From contig NC_092386.1 of assembly GCF_030028105.1 (NCBI RefSeq), positions 16,795,258 through 16,859,257 on the forward strand: a DNA stretch of 64,000 nt, read 5' to 3'. Under the pieces are notes generated by a model. The model was not told the origin of the DNA. It saw only the letters and a program-made list of their open reading frames with translations, and did no database searches. The position numbers and the translations under genes are program-made. Of the stretch, positions 12,441 to 24,618 are shown one piece after another; the stretch's first letter is position 1, and every line of letters starts with the position of its first letter. Origin of the DNA: Mobula birostris (lineage: Eukaryota).

Positions 12441-14058
12441 CCTAACATCCCGGTTATATGGATCTCAGATTGGCCTCTACAACCACCAATGGACAATCCC
12501 TCAGGAGAACATACTCAACTCGAGTGGTTGCATTGTTACCACTACTAGGATGAGCATGAGCCTAATTTTTACATAATAAAATTGCCTTGCTTTGCATTTA
12601 TATAATGCAGCTTTCAGAATGACAGTGCATAAATTATTTTATCAATAAACCAATAAAACCAAAGAAATGTAAGAGAATTCTTTACGTTAAATTTAATTCC
12701 AGTTACTCTGATGGACAAACAGCTGAATTTTAGATTTTTAAACACTTATCCAATAAATCTATGTACATCCAGAAGGATAACTCTCTGAACTAAACCATGC
12801 TCTGCATCCCTAAAACCACATTATCTCAATATAATACATAATTTATAATTCTATTGATTTGTTAGTTAAATAAAATTAAAATCAAGCCATTTTTAGAGCA
12901 AAGATGATGCTACTCATCTTGCAGTTGTATGCAATGAAATGAAATACCAATTTTTGCTTCATTACTGTCTGTTGGTTTTTGCAATCATGTATGCCAATTG
13001 AATGTAATTTGGGGCTTTTTTCCCAAGCACCTTAGGAGATGACAGATAATAAATTATCTTTATAGAAAACAAAATTAATGAACAGAATTATGAATTATGT
13101 TGAAAATTAGGGTCTAGTGAAGCACAAAGTATTTTAGTGGAAGTCTTTTTGCTGTAAGTGTTTAATTGAAACCTGTTCTAGCTAGCTTTCCAGGCATCTA
13201 ACTAGCAATAAAAGATTTACTGGTTTCATTTTTCACCTCAAAGTAGAAGCACTTATTTAAATTAAGCACTTTAATTATGGCAATTTCCTTTAACAGCTTC
13301 CATGTGCAAAATAATGTGGGGCATTTGTGGGATTTTCACATTAAAGGACTTGTGTGATGGGAGAAAATGTTCTGTATGACTTTCTGAGGAAAACTAATTC
13401 AGTCACTGGTGAACATGCAAAAATGCAATCTCTTTGACCGAAGCCGGATAGTTCAAATCTTTCATTCATCATTAGTTTACCACTAATACTGAAGGAATTG
13501 ACTTTTGCAGTAAACTGTTTTTCTATTTAATCTCTTCAAATATTGATTAGTAATTGCCTCTACAACTTTTTTTCAGTCAGAAAAAAAGGAAACTGCTGTA
13601 GTTAGCAAGATTGCATTCCCAAAATGTTATTATATGTAACCATTAAAAAAATTACAGTAAGACTTCAAGAGTAATTTTATTGGGCAGCAACTATATAAAA
13701 ACTGGAAATGTTAAGATAATATTGGTGAAGGTACTCAGATATGAATGTCAATAGTGCTGAAGCAGTGGATATATGTAAAAGATGATGATCTTAATTAATC
13801 TATATTCTACCTTCATTGTAACACAGTCCTTAGAGCTCAGCATTTTCTGTTTTATAACAAATCTATGACTTTTGCGAAGGCGATATTCCAGGGAATAAAC
13901 CATGAAAATGTTCTGTGATATTAGCAGATTATATTTATTGGTGAAAATGGGATGGATAAAGTATGTTTAATGCCTTTTCTTTTTGTAGAGAATAACAAAA
14001 ATATGTATTCTGATTTGCGTATTATAAAAATATACAATATACATCAAATGTGGATGTA

Positions 14059-14835
14059 CACTCAGTGGCTATTTTATTAGGTACAGGAATGGAACCCAGT
14101 GTAGTCTTCTGCTGCTGTAGCCCATCCACTTCAAGGTTTGACGTGTTATGTATTCAGAGATACTCTAACAAGAAGAAATAAAAGCCTGACTACAGGCCGA
14201 AAAATGGTTTCTGGTAAGCTTGGAAGATCACAATGCTTTTGTACTGCCATTATGCTATGGAGTTTAAATCTGAGTAATTAAGTCTCAGTAATAGTAACCA
14301 TAAAACTACCATAAATGATGGTCTTCTGGGAAGTATGTTTGTGGTTTTCTGCTGCTGTAGGCCATCCACTTCAAGGTTCAAAGTGTTGTACATTCAGAGA
14401 TGCTCTTCTGCATACTGCTGTTGTAACGCATGGTTATTTGAGTTACTGTCACCTTCCTGTCAGCTTGAACCTGTCTGGCCATTCTCCTCTGACGTCTCTC
14501 ATCAACAAGGCATTTTCACCTACAGAACTGCTGCTCACTGGATTATTTTGTTTATTGCACCATTCTCTGTAAATACTAGAGACTGCTGTGCATGAAAATC
14601 CCAGGAGATCAGCAGTTTCTGAGAAACTCAAATCACCCCATCTGGCACCAACAATCATTCCACGGCCACAGTCACTTAGATCACATTTCTTCCCCATTCT
14701 GTTGGTCTGAACAACAACTGAACCTCTTTACCACATCTGCATGTTTTTATTTTGCATTGAGTTGCTGCCACATGATTGGCTGATTGGGTATTTGTACTAA
14801 AGTGCGGGTGTACCTAATAAAGTGGCCACTGAGTG
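14059..14835 (-). mobile_element. Internally deleted Tc1 element (family A) retaining the transposase N-terminal HTH remnant
   Basis: Terminal inverted repeats cactcagtggctattttattaggtac / gtacctaataaagtggccactgagtg, TA on the left. ORF 14449..14697 MGKKCDLSDCGRGMIVGARWGDLSFSETADLLGFSCTAVSSIYREW matches the Tc1 paired-like domain pattern. Confidence 0.85.
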
Positions 14836-15557
14836 AGTCTATATTCATGTGGACCTTTTTAGTTACTTTTATTTTGTAAAGTTGCAACCACAGTCATGAA
14901 AAAGGAACCTCCAGCAGCTAGTACAAGCAGGAGTGTGTAAGCAATCTATCGTTGAAACCTTAGGAAGTTGAGAGTGGGTGGGTAGGGTAATGCCCAATGA
15001 GATACAGGAGACATTCAGGTCCAGTCCTGGGACAAATCCAATCCCTGATCACATACGTTCTGCTTTTTTGATTCGGCATTCTTCTGGATGGGGAGATTGT
15101 CCAGTGGCAGCAGCAGTTAAACCCCATTTTAAGAGAGAAATTTTCAGATTAAACATGAAGCAACCCATCATGTAGAGTTCTCTTCCATCCCATTAAACAT
15201 GCATGAACAGTGGGAACCTCTCCCATCCCATTTAATATGCATGAACAGCCCCAGTGGTTGGAAGGATTAAGTCGAAGATTTTTAAAATATTCGAATCTCA
15301 CCATCTGCCAAGCCACAAAATCAAAAGTAAATAAGAATCGGAAGCACTAACCGACGAGCAGTCTTGACTTCATTGACAAACACAAGTGAGAGCCCAGGAT
15401 CTATTGGAAATCATCAAGAAAATGTAAGAATAAAATTTACAAGTGGAAAGAGATAAAAATCACTTTCAGTACTAAATATGTATCCATCTCTCTCCCATAG
15501 ACTGATTATGTATCCTATAGAGTGTATTTTTGAGCTTTAGATCCACATGAACATCCA

Positions 15558-16080
15558 AGTTCAAAGTAAATTTATTATCAAAGTACATATATGTTACCAT
15601 ATACAATCCTGAGATTCATTTTCTTGCAGGCATGCTCAGTAAATCCAAAAACCGTAATAGAATTAAGAGATGGACAACCAGTGTGCAAAAGACAACAAAC
15701 TGCAAATACAAAAGACACAAAAAATATATAAATCAGTGAACAATAAATATCGACAGCATGAGATGAAGAGTCCTTGAAAGTAGTCCATAGGTTATGGGAA
15801 CAGTTCAGTGATGAGGCAAGTGAAGATGAGTGAAGTTATCCCCTCTCGTTCAGCAGCCTGATGGTTGAGGGGGAATAAGTGTTGGTGGTGCGAGTCCAAA
15901 GGTTCCTGGGCCTTCTTCCTCATTGTAGCAGTGAGAAGATTGTAACAAGGATGGATGCTTGCTTTCCTGCAACAACACTCCATATAGATGTGCTCTGTTG
16001 TGGGGAGGACTTTACCCATGATGGCCTGGGTTGTATCCACTACTTTTTGCATTGGTGTTGGTGTTGGTGTTTCCATACCT
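15558..16080 (-). repeat. Abundant Rex/L2-tail short repeat; further copies at 9790-10040, 27050-27470, 46315-46570, 52740-53110 and 60205-60492
   Basis: Diagnostic end aagttcaaagtaaatttattatcaaagtacatatatg...cctgagattcattttcttgcagg. Confidence 0.7.
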
Positions 16081-16529
16081 GACCGAAACATACAGTGAAA
16101 TGCGGCATTTGCGTTAACAACTAACTGACTCACCCATGGATTTTCTGGGAGCAGCACCCAAGCTTTGCCACTGCTTCCGGCACCAATATAGCATGCTGAC
16201 AATGAATGCTCAGCAGAATATGAGCTCATGTCTTCCATTACTGCTCTGTCAGACCACCAAATATTTCTGCATGTGTCTCCAAATGAGAAGGGTGGAGTTA
16301 GGTTGTGACAGGTGGCTAAAAACGTAAAGGTTTTGGAGGTCTGAAGGCTGGAGAAGGTTAAGGAGGTTATGTGGAGATGAAAATGGAACAGATATATTGT
16401 CAGAACTTCATCTTGGTTCACAGGAGACCAAGAATGGAGACACTTTAGTTCACCTTCTTGAAGGGAGGGAATGTGGTAAATAGAGTTTGTGATGAGAACC
16501 TAAAAACAACATTGTCACGGCCAGAAAAT

Positions 16530-17285
16530 TATATTAGGCCACAAAATATAAGAGCAGAATTAGGCTATTTGGCCTGTTAGGTCTGCTCACCATTTGATCA
16601 TGGCTGATTATTAATCATCTCATCCTCATTCCCCTGCCTTCTCTTCTTCACTGTTGATGCCCTTACAAACCAGGAACCCATCAGCCTCCGCTTTAAATAC
16701 ACCCAATATTTACCCTCCACAGCTTTCTATGGCAATAAATTTCACAGATTTACCACCCTCTGGCTGAAGAAATTCCTCCTCATCTCTGTTCTAATGGGAC
16801 ATCCTTGGATGCTGTGCCCTCTGGTCCTTGATTTCCACTATTGGAAGTACCCTCTCCATATCCACTCTGCTAGGTCTTTCACGTTTCAGTGAGATTCCTC
16901 CCACCCATGCTTCTAAATCCAGCAGGTACAGGACCAGAGTCATGAGATGTCATCATATGTTAACCTTTTCATTCTCAGGATCACTCTCGTGAACTTTTTC
17001 TAGACCGCCAGATCGTCCTTCTTACATTGCTGTTCCTCTCTATGCCTTGCCGTTTCTTTCGCTTTGTCAGTTTTTTACGAGGCCGAGTTGCTATCTCAAC
17101 ACTCAACCCAGCACGGATGGAAAGCGTGTAAGGAGCTGGCCGGATTCGAAACTAGAACCTCTCACCTCAAAGTCCAGTGCGGATGCTACTTCACTACCGG
17201 TCAGCATCCTTCTTAGCTAGGGGCACAAAGCTGCTCATAATACCCCCAATGTGGTCTGACCAATGTCTTATAAAGCCTCATCTTT
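16530..17285 (-). mobile_element. CR1 3' fragment interrupted by a tRNA-derived SINE
   Basis: Reverse complement of the CR1 3' UTR and RT C-terminus; resumes after 17215. Confidence 0.8.
17025..17206 (-). mobile_element. tRNA-headed SINE with 9-bp TSD
   Basis: Minus strand reads gctgaccggtagtgaagtagc...gtttcgaatcc (A- and B-box-like). TSD tccttctta at 17016-17024 and 17207-17215. Confidence 0.75.
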
Positions 17286-18495
17286 ATACATATCCTAGAC
17301 AGCATTCTTCCCTGAACGGATAATTAGTTAATTTTCTATTTGTGGAATCTCACTAAATGTATATTCATTGCTGTTTTCCTACATAAGCACAGTGACCATG
17401 CTTGAGAAATAATCAAAAATGGTTTTGGAAATTCCATAGGATGAGATAATATGCGAACACATACTTTCCCCTTTATAATCTTCTCTTCCATAGTTGTCTG
17501 GCTTTCTGAGGGGCAGGTGTGAACTTTGAAGATGGGGAGAAATCCGGCTTCCAACGCTATCATGGGAAACAGTCTTTTCCCTTCCTTCTGTTTGCCTTCT
17601 GATTCCTTTGCGGCAAAGCCTCCAAGACAAAGTGCCCCAGCTGGGATACATTATTCAAAATGCTTGATTATAATTGTGTTTTGAAGCCCATCTGGGTCCT
17701 TTTTTCGTTTGTAAACCTGGTTATAATGAAGTCAGCAGGCAAACAGGAAACTAGCCGAAGATTGTCATCCAAAAGCAAAAAGAAAATTAGCGCCACAAGC
17801 TGGATTTCTCAGCTCTGCGTATGAACACAGTTCAACGCCAGGGTTCTGTGTGTATGTAAGTAAATATAACCAGTGCTTTTTGTTTTAAGTATCGTCCCAG
17901 CTGGAATTCACCCACCAGCTTGGCAAAACTGGACTCCCATGTGACTGAATTCCTCCTGCCTTCAGTATTTGTTTTTAGTTTTGATTTGACTAGATGAAGT
18001 CCCATCTCCAATGATCATTATCTGTAAGATGCTAGCCACTTGCATAATAATGTTCCATTGATCGCAGCCAAGAAGGAAAATAGTGATGCAAGCTAAATAC
18101 GGTTTCATTATGCCCCAGAGGCATTATGTTCAGACCTATATATAGGTTATGCTGTTGAAAAGGTTAAGGGAGCAGTCTAATGGCTTAGCAGTAGGCTAAG
18201 CATTCATTTATCAACCCAAAGCCACGGGCTCGATAGCTGTCATTGCAATCTGACTGCCAGGCTGAAATCAGCTTTATTCATTTGTAACCCACGCGGCTAA
18301 ATGGTCCATTTTATATCAGCAGAGTATCTTTTGAATGTGGGAGGAATGCTCTGTAGCTCTTGTTTTTAAATCCATCTTTTATGTTTCCTCAGCTGATCAT
18401 TAGTTCAGTCATTCAGGGTACAGCATCCAATACAGCTCTGTTTTAATCATTTGGATCTGTGGTGAAAATCATTGAAGTGATTTTACTTTTAAAAT

Positions 18496-18702
18496 GACAC
18501 ACACTCAAAATGCTGGAGAAACTCAGCAGGTTGTGCAGCGTCTACAGAGAAGAATAAAGAACTGACATTTCGTGCTGTGACCCTTCAGCAGGAGTCCTGA
18601 TGGAAGGTCTTTGCCCAAAATGTCAGCTTTTTATTCCTGCTGAGCTCCACCAGTAATTTCCGTGTTACTCTGGATTTTCAGCATCTGCAGAATCTCTTAT
18701 GC
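18496..18702. mobile_element. Miniature head-to-head PLE insertion with 13-bp TSD
   Basis: ttacttttaaaat at 18483-18495 and 18703-18715; two inverted PLE 3' ends meet at about 18595. Confidence 0.8.
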
Positions 18703-19864
18703 TTACTTTTAAAATCTTACCAAATGGGAAGACTATTCTAATCGAAGGAGAGGAAAAAGTCATCTACCAGTCCAAACACAGTAAGTCTTTACAAACACAG
18801 AGCCATGCATCTTAACTGATCCTGTTTCAAATCCAGTGAATTTCATTCTATCAAGAGCCAGTTAATTTCAGCCTCTCCATGTCCAGCACATCTTATTTAG
18901 TGCAGATCTGCCTCACCTAATTAATTCAAATCTAATAAAGTAGAAAGTCAGGAAGCTGCGTGCTTCACCCAGTGTCTGTCCAACATAAAACAGCTGCTGC
19001 AAATATAAATGCATTATTATTTAGCAGTGAAGCCATCTCAATCAATCGCAATTTCCAAGAGAAAGTACTGATTGTAAGTGGGATTTAATCATAGGTGAAA
19101 TCTTTATATTGATCAATGTGTATAACAAAAAGAAAGAAAAGCATAAAGAAAGTCTTCTCCGAGGATCATCAGCTTGTCGTGGCGGAGAAGCGTGTGCGTT
19201 TCTGAGATCCCAAGAGTGATGCATTTGGAGTTTAGCTCCTGGTAGGGTCAACCATGGTGGTAAGGTCAAGAAGAAGGTTCCAGACAAAAACCTGAATGGG
19301 GGAGCTGGCGGAAGGTGATGACATACCACAATGTCAGTGATGCAGAGGAAGGCTGTGGCAGTGAAGGTCTCCAGTCATCTTGTGCACCACTCCAATGGAC
19401 TCTGACCCCAATCTGCAAAAGCACTTTATGTATCATTTTGTTTTGTTTTAATGGCAGGAAAAAAACCTTTATAAATCCTAAACTGTATAGCATTAACAGA
19501 TTGAACCAAAGATACCTAATGGCAGCTGAACATTTTCCTAAAATACTCCATGAGTTTCATCATGAAAGTAGACCATGCCCTAATCTTCTAATAGCCTAAA
19601 CTAATTCATTAAAAAATATAATGAAATATATGGGTTGGGGAATCAGGGACAAGGGGGCATACAGTTAAGGTGAGAGGGGAGAGATTTAACAGGTATCTAA
19701 GGAACCATTCTTTCCATGCTGATGATGGTCAGTATATGAATGACTGCCAGAGGAAGTGGTTGTGACAAGTTCAAGTTTAATTGTCATTCAACTGTACATG
19801 TGTACACAGTTAAAGGAGGCATTGTTCCTCTGGGGCCAAGGTACAAAATAGAGTGCATAGTCAT

Positions 19865-20403
19865 TAGGGTTGCCAACTGTCCCGTATTAGCCGGGACATC
19901 CTGTATATTGGGTTAAATTGGTTTGTCCCATACGGGACTGCCCTTGTCCCACATTTCCCCAGCTAAGGTAGAGCGTTCCTGTGAAGCGGTTCGTAAGCGG
20001 AAATGGCATAAAGCGAAGAAGCAATTACCATTAATTTATATGGGAATTTTTTTTGAGCGTCCGCAGACCCAAAAATAACCTACCAAGTCATGCCAAATTA
20101 CACATAAAACCTAAAATAACACTAACATATAGTAAAAGCAGGAATGATATGATAAATACACAGCCTATATAAAGTAGAAATAATGTATGTACAGTCAGGA
20201 AGATTAAGCCAAAACCGATTTGTAGAAAAAAATCGGCATGTACACGCATGTGCACGTCATGTATGCGCACATCACATATGCGCACACAGGTGCCTGAGCA
20301 AGGCTTCACGGTCATGGTAGTCTTTCTCGGGGTAAACACAAGTGTCTCGTATTTGACTGCCTCTTTTGTCCCTTATTTGGGAGTGAGAAAGTTGGCAATC
20401 CGA
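19865..20403. mobile_element. hAT-type non-autonomous DNA transposon
   Basis: Terminal inverted repeats tagggttgccaact / agttggcaatccga; 8-bp TSD atagtcat 19857-19864 / atagtcac 20404-20411. Confidence 0.8.
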
Positions 20404-20577
20404 ATAGTCACACACAGCACATATAGTTAGGATAGCACATATAGTTAGGATGGCACATACAGTCACATAAAGTATTATTAACCCAAGTCCCTGAGAGGCA
20501 TGGCCTGCATATTGATGCAACACACATCAAAGTTGCTGGTGAATGCAGCAGGCCAGGCAGCATCTGTAGGAAGGGGT

Positions 20578-20620
20578 GCAGTCGACGTTTCAGGCCGAGA
20601 CCCTTCGTCAGGACTAACTG
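20578..20620 (-). ncRNA. Minimal type I hammerhead ribozyme motif in the PLE 3' region
   Basis: Minus strand UAGUC-CUGACGA-AGGGUCUCGGCCU-GAAA-CG-UC-GACUG: catalytic core, helix I UAGUC/GACUG, short helix II, palindromic ACGU in place of helix III. Confidence 0.75.
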
Positions 20621-20908
20621 AAGGAAGAGTGAGTAAGGGATTTGAAAGTTGGAGGGGGAGGGGGAGATCCAAAATGATAGGAGAAGACAGGAGGGGGAGG
20701 GATAGAGCCAAGAGCTGGACAGGTGATTGGCAAAAGGGGATACGAGAGGATCGTGGGACAGGAGGTCCAGGAAGAAAGACAAGGGGGGGGGAACCCAGAG
20801 GATGGGCAAGAGGTATATTCAGAGGGACAGAGGGAGAAAAAGGAGAGTGAGAGAAAGAATGTGTGCATAAAAATAAGTAACAGATGGGGTATGAGGGGGA
20901 GGTGGGGC

Positions 20909-22946
20909 CTAGCGGAAGTTAGAGAAGTCGATGTTCATGCCATCAGGTTGGAGGCTACCCAGACGGAATATAAGGTGTTGTTCCTCCAACCTGAGTGTGG
21001 CTTCATCTTTACAGTAGAGGAGGCCGTGGATAGACATGTCAGAATGGGAATGGGATGTGGAATTAAAATGTGTGGCCACTGGGAGATCCTGCTTTCTCTG
21101 GCGGACAGAGCGTAGATGTTCGGCAAAGCGGTCTCCCAGTCTGCGTCGGGTCTCGCCAATATATAAAAGGCCACATCGGGAGCACCAGACGCAGTATATC
21201 ACCCCAGTCGACTCACAGGTGAAGTGTTGCCTCACCTGGAAGGACTGTTTGGGGCCCTGAATGGTGATAAGGGAGGAAGTGTAAGGGCATGTGTAGCACT
21301 TGTTCCACTTACACGGATAAGTGCCAGGAGGGAGATCAGTGGGAAGGGATGGGGGGGACGAATGGACAAGGGAGTTGCGTAGGGAGTGATCCCTGCAGAA
21401 TGCAGAGGGGGGGGAGGGAAAGATGTGCTTAGTGATGGGATCCCGTTGGAGGTGGCGGAAGTTACGGAGAATAATATGTTGGACCCGGAGGCTGGTGGGG
21501 TGGTAGGTGAGGACCAGGGGAACCCTATTCCTAGTGGCCTGGTGGGAGGATGGAGTGAGAGCAGATGTACGTGAAATGGGGGAGATGCGTTTAAGAGCAG
21601 AGTTGATAGTGGAGGAAGGGAAGCCCCTTTCTTTAAAAAATGAAGACATCTCCCTCGTCCTAGAATGAAAAGCCTCATCCTGAGAACAGATGCGGCGGAG
21701 ACGGAGGAATTGCGAGAAGGGGATGGCGTTTTTGCAAGAGACAGGGTGAGAAGAGGAATAGTCCAGATAGCTGTGAGAGTCAGTAGGCTTATAGTAGACA
21801 TCAGTAGATAAGCTGTCTCCAGAGAGAGAGACAGAAAGATCTAGAAAGGGGAGGGAGGTGTCGGAAATGGACCAGGTAAACTTGAGGGCAGGGTGAAAGT
21901 TGGAGGCAAAGTTAATAAAGTCAATGAATTCTGCATGCGTGCAGGAAGCAGCGCCAATGCAGTCGTCGATGTAGCGAAGGAAAAGTGGGGGACAGATACC
22001 AGAATAGGCACAGAACATAGATTGTTCCACAAACCCAACAAAAAGGCAGGCATAGCTAGGACCCATACGGGTGCCCCTAGCTACACCTTTAGTTTGGAGG
22101 AAGTGGGAGGAGCTAGAGGAGAAATTATTAAGAGTAAGGACTAATTCCGCTAGACGGAGCAGAGTGGTGGCAGAGGGGAACTGATTAGGTCTGGAATCCA
22201 AAAAGAAGCGTAGAGCTTTGAGACCTTCCTGATGGGGGATGGAAGTATATAAGGACTGGACATCCATGGTGAAAATAAAGCGGTGAGGGCCAGGGAACTT
22301 AAAATCATCGAAAAGTTTAAGAGCGTGGGAAGTGTCACAAACATAGGTAGGAAGGGATTGAACAAGGGGTGATAAAACAGTGTCGAGGTATGCAGAAATG
22401 AGTTCGGTGGGGCAGGAGCAAGCTGAGACAATAGGTCGGCCAGGACAGGCAGGTTTGTGGATCTTGGGTAGGAGGTAGAAACGGGAAGTGCGGGGTGTGG
22501 GAACTATAAGGTTGGTAGCAGTGGATGGGAGATCCCCTGAGCGGATAAAGCCGGTGATGGTGTGGGAGACAATGGCCTGGTGCTCCTTAGTGGGGTCACG
22601 ATCGAGGGGTAAATAAGAGGAGGTATCCGCGAGTTGTCGCTGTGCCTCGGCAAGGTAGGGGTTATTACGCCAGACTACAACAGCACCCCCCTCATCGGCG
22701 GGTTTAATAATAAGGTTAGGATTAGTGCGGAGGGAGTGGAGAGCAGAGCGTTCGGAAGGAGTGAGGTTGGAATGGGGACAAGGTGCGGTGAAGTCAAGAC
22801 GGTTGACGTCCCGTCGGCAATTAGCGATAAAGAGATCCAGAGCAGGCAGAAGACCAGAGCGGGGTGTCCATGAAGAAGAGGAGGGTTGAAGACGGGAGAA
22901 GGGGTCATCGGTGGGGGTAGAAGAGTCCTTGCCGAAGAAGTAGGCA
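20909..22946 (-). CDS. Penelope-like reverse transcriptase plus GIY-YIG endonuclease, 5'-truncated but open for about 678 codons
   Basis: IIKPADEGG, FYLLPKIHK, GRPIVS, TMDVQSLYTSIP, GVARGTRMGP, LRYIDD, FLDL, and VIYCVWCSRCGLLYIGETRRRLGDRFAEH. The MKPHSG start in the ORF track comes from an inserted fragment. Confidence 0.93.
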
Positions 22947-23022
22947 CCTGAGTGTGGCTTCATCTTTACAGTAGAGGAGGCCGTGGATAGACATGTCAGA
23001 ATGGGAATGGGATGTGGAATTA

Positions 23023-23221
23023 CCCCCAGCCTCCCCCCTCCCCCCTCTGATCCCAGCTCTCATCCGTGCCGGGTCTTTACCATCCCCTCCGACCTTCAAC
23101 TGTCGGAGGCAGAATGCTCTGTTCTCAGTAAGGGCCTGACCTTTGTCCCCCTTCGCCCACACCTCAGCGAGTTCCGTGTTCGCCACGATGCGGAACTTTT
23201 CTTCCGCCGTCTCCGTCTCCG
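23023..23221 (+). mobile_element. Inverted PLE ORF segment immediately upstream of the RT arm
   Basis: LSEAECSVLSKGLTFVPLRPHLSEFRVRHDAELFFRRLRLR, whose natural continuation AYFFGKDSS starts at 22946 on the opposite strand. Confidence 0.85.
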
Positions 23222-23532
23222 GAGGTTGGTGAGAATGTGGACTGAGTTGCCAGTGGAAATAGTGGATGTAGGTTTGATTTCAATATTTAAAAGCAATTTT
23301 GATTGGTGCATGGATGGGAGCAGTTTGGAAGGCTACCGTCCGGGTGCAGATCGATGTAACTAGGCAGATTAATAGCTTAACATAGATTAAATGGGCCGAA
23401 GAGCCTGCCTCTGTGATGTAGAGTCATAACACAATGACTCTATAATGAAATTGAATTATTAATTACTAATCAAGTCAAGAGTGACATATCTGAAGCCATA
23501 GCTGATGAAATACTTCAAATTACCACACAGGA
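23222..23532 (-). repeat. Inverted near-identical copy of host segment 25298-25608 embedded in the PLE insertion
   Basis: 311 bp; I found only two mismatches by eye. Confidence 0.93.
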
Positions 23533-24285
23533 CGAGGGAGATGTCTTCATTTTTTAAAGAAAGGGGCTTCCCTTCCTCCACTATCAACTCTGCTCTTAAA
23601 CGCATCTCCCCCAATTCACGTACATCTGCTCTCACTCCATCCTTCCGCCACTCCACTAGGAATAGGGTTCCCCTGGTCCTCACCTACCACCCCACCAGCC
23701 TCCGGGTCCAACATATTATTCTCCGTAACTTCCGCCACCTCCAACGGGATCCCACCACTAAGCACATCTTTCCCTCCCCCCCCCCTCTGCATTCCGCAGG
23801 GATCGCTCCCTACACAACTCCCTTGTCCATTCGTCCCCCCCCATCCCTCCCCACTGATCTCCCTCCTGGCACTTATCCGTGTAAGTGGAACCAAGTGCTA
23901 CACATGCCCTTACACTTCCTCCCTTACCACCATTCAGGGCCCCAAACAGTCCTTCCAGGTGAGGCAACACTTCACCTGTCAATCGACTGGGGTGATGTAC
24001 TGCGTCCGGTGCTCCCGATGTGGCCCTTTATATATTGGCGAGACCCGACGCAGACTGGGAGACCGCTTTGCTGAACATCTACGCTCTGTCCGCCAGAGAA
24101 AGCAGGATCTCCCAGTGGCCACACATTTTAATTCCACATCCCATTCCCATTCTGACATATCTATCCACGGCCTCCTCTACTGTAAAGATGAAGCCACACT
24201 CAGGTTGGAGGAACAACACCTTATATTCCGTCTGGGTAGCCTCCAAACTGATGGCATGAACATCGACTTCTCTAACTTCCGCTAA
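23529..24285 (+). pseudogene. Second PLE arm: thumb/linker and GIY-YIG coding remnant with frameshifts
   Basis: ORFs 23505..24074 and 23959..24285 match the C-terminus of 20909..22946 (RTREMSSFFKERGF...YIGETRRRLGDRFAEH...MNIDFSNFR). Confidence 0.9.
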
Positions 24286-24575
24286 TGCCCCACCTCCCCC
24301 TCGTACCCCATCTGTTACTTATTTTTATGCACACATTCTTTCTCTCACTCTCCTTTTTCTCCCTCTGTCCCTCTGAATATACCTCTTGCCCATCCTCTGG
24401 GTTCCCCCCCCCCCTTGTCTTTCTTCCCAGACCTCCTGTCCCATGATCCTCTCGTATACCTTTTGCCAATCACCTGTCCAGCTCTTGGCTCCATCCCTCC
24501 CCCTCCTGTCTTCTCCTATCATTTTGGATCTCCCCCTCCCCCTCCAACTTTCAAATCCCTTACTCACTCTTCCTT

Positions 24576-24618
24576 CAGTTAGTCCTGACGAAGGGTCTCG
24601 GCCTGAAACGTCGACTGC
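24576..24618 (+). ncRNA. Minimal type I hammerhead ribozyme motif in the PLE 3' region
   Basis: tagtc CTGACGA (24585-24591) agggtctcggcct GAAA (24605-24608) cg TC gactg. Confidence 0.75.

Noticed and set aside
15188-15249. Short direct repeat (ccatcccatt.aa.atgcatgaacag twice), superficially repeat-spacer-like
   Set aside because: Only two units in eukaryotic DNA; a simple local duplication, not a CRISPR array.
15792-16421. 209-aa minus-strand ORF
   Set aside because: Runs across several unrelated repeat fragments with no coherent protein signature.
22947-22963. Apparent ATG start (MKPHSG) of the 684-aa Penelope ORF
   Set aside because: Comes from the inserted 77-bp fragment read in another frame, so it is not a natural start.
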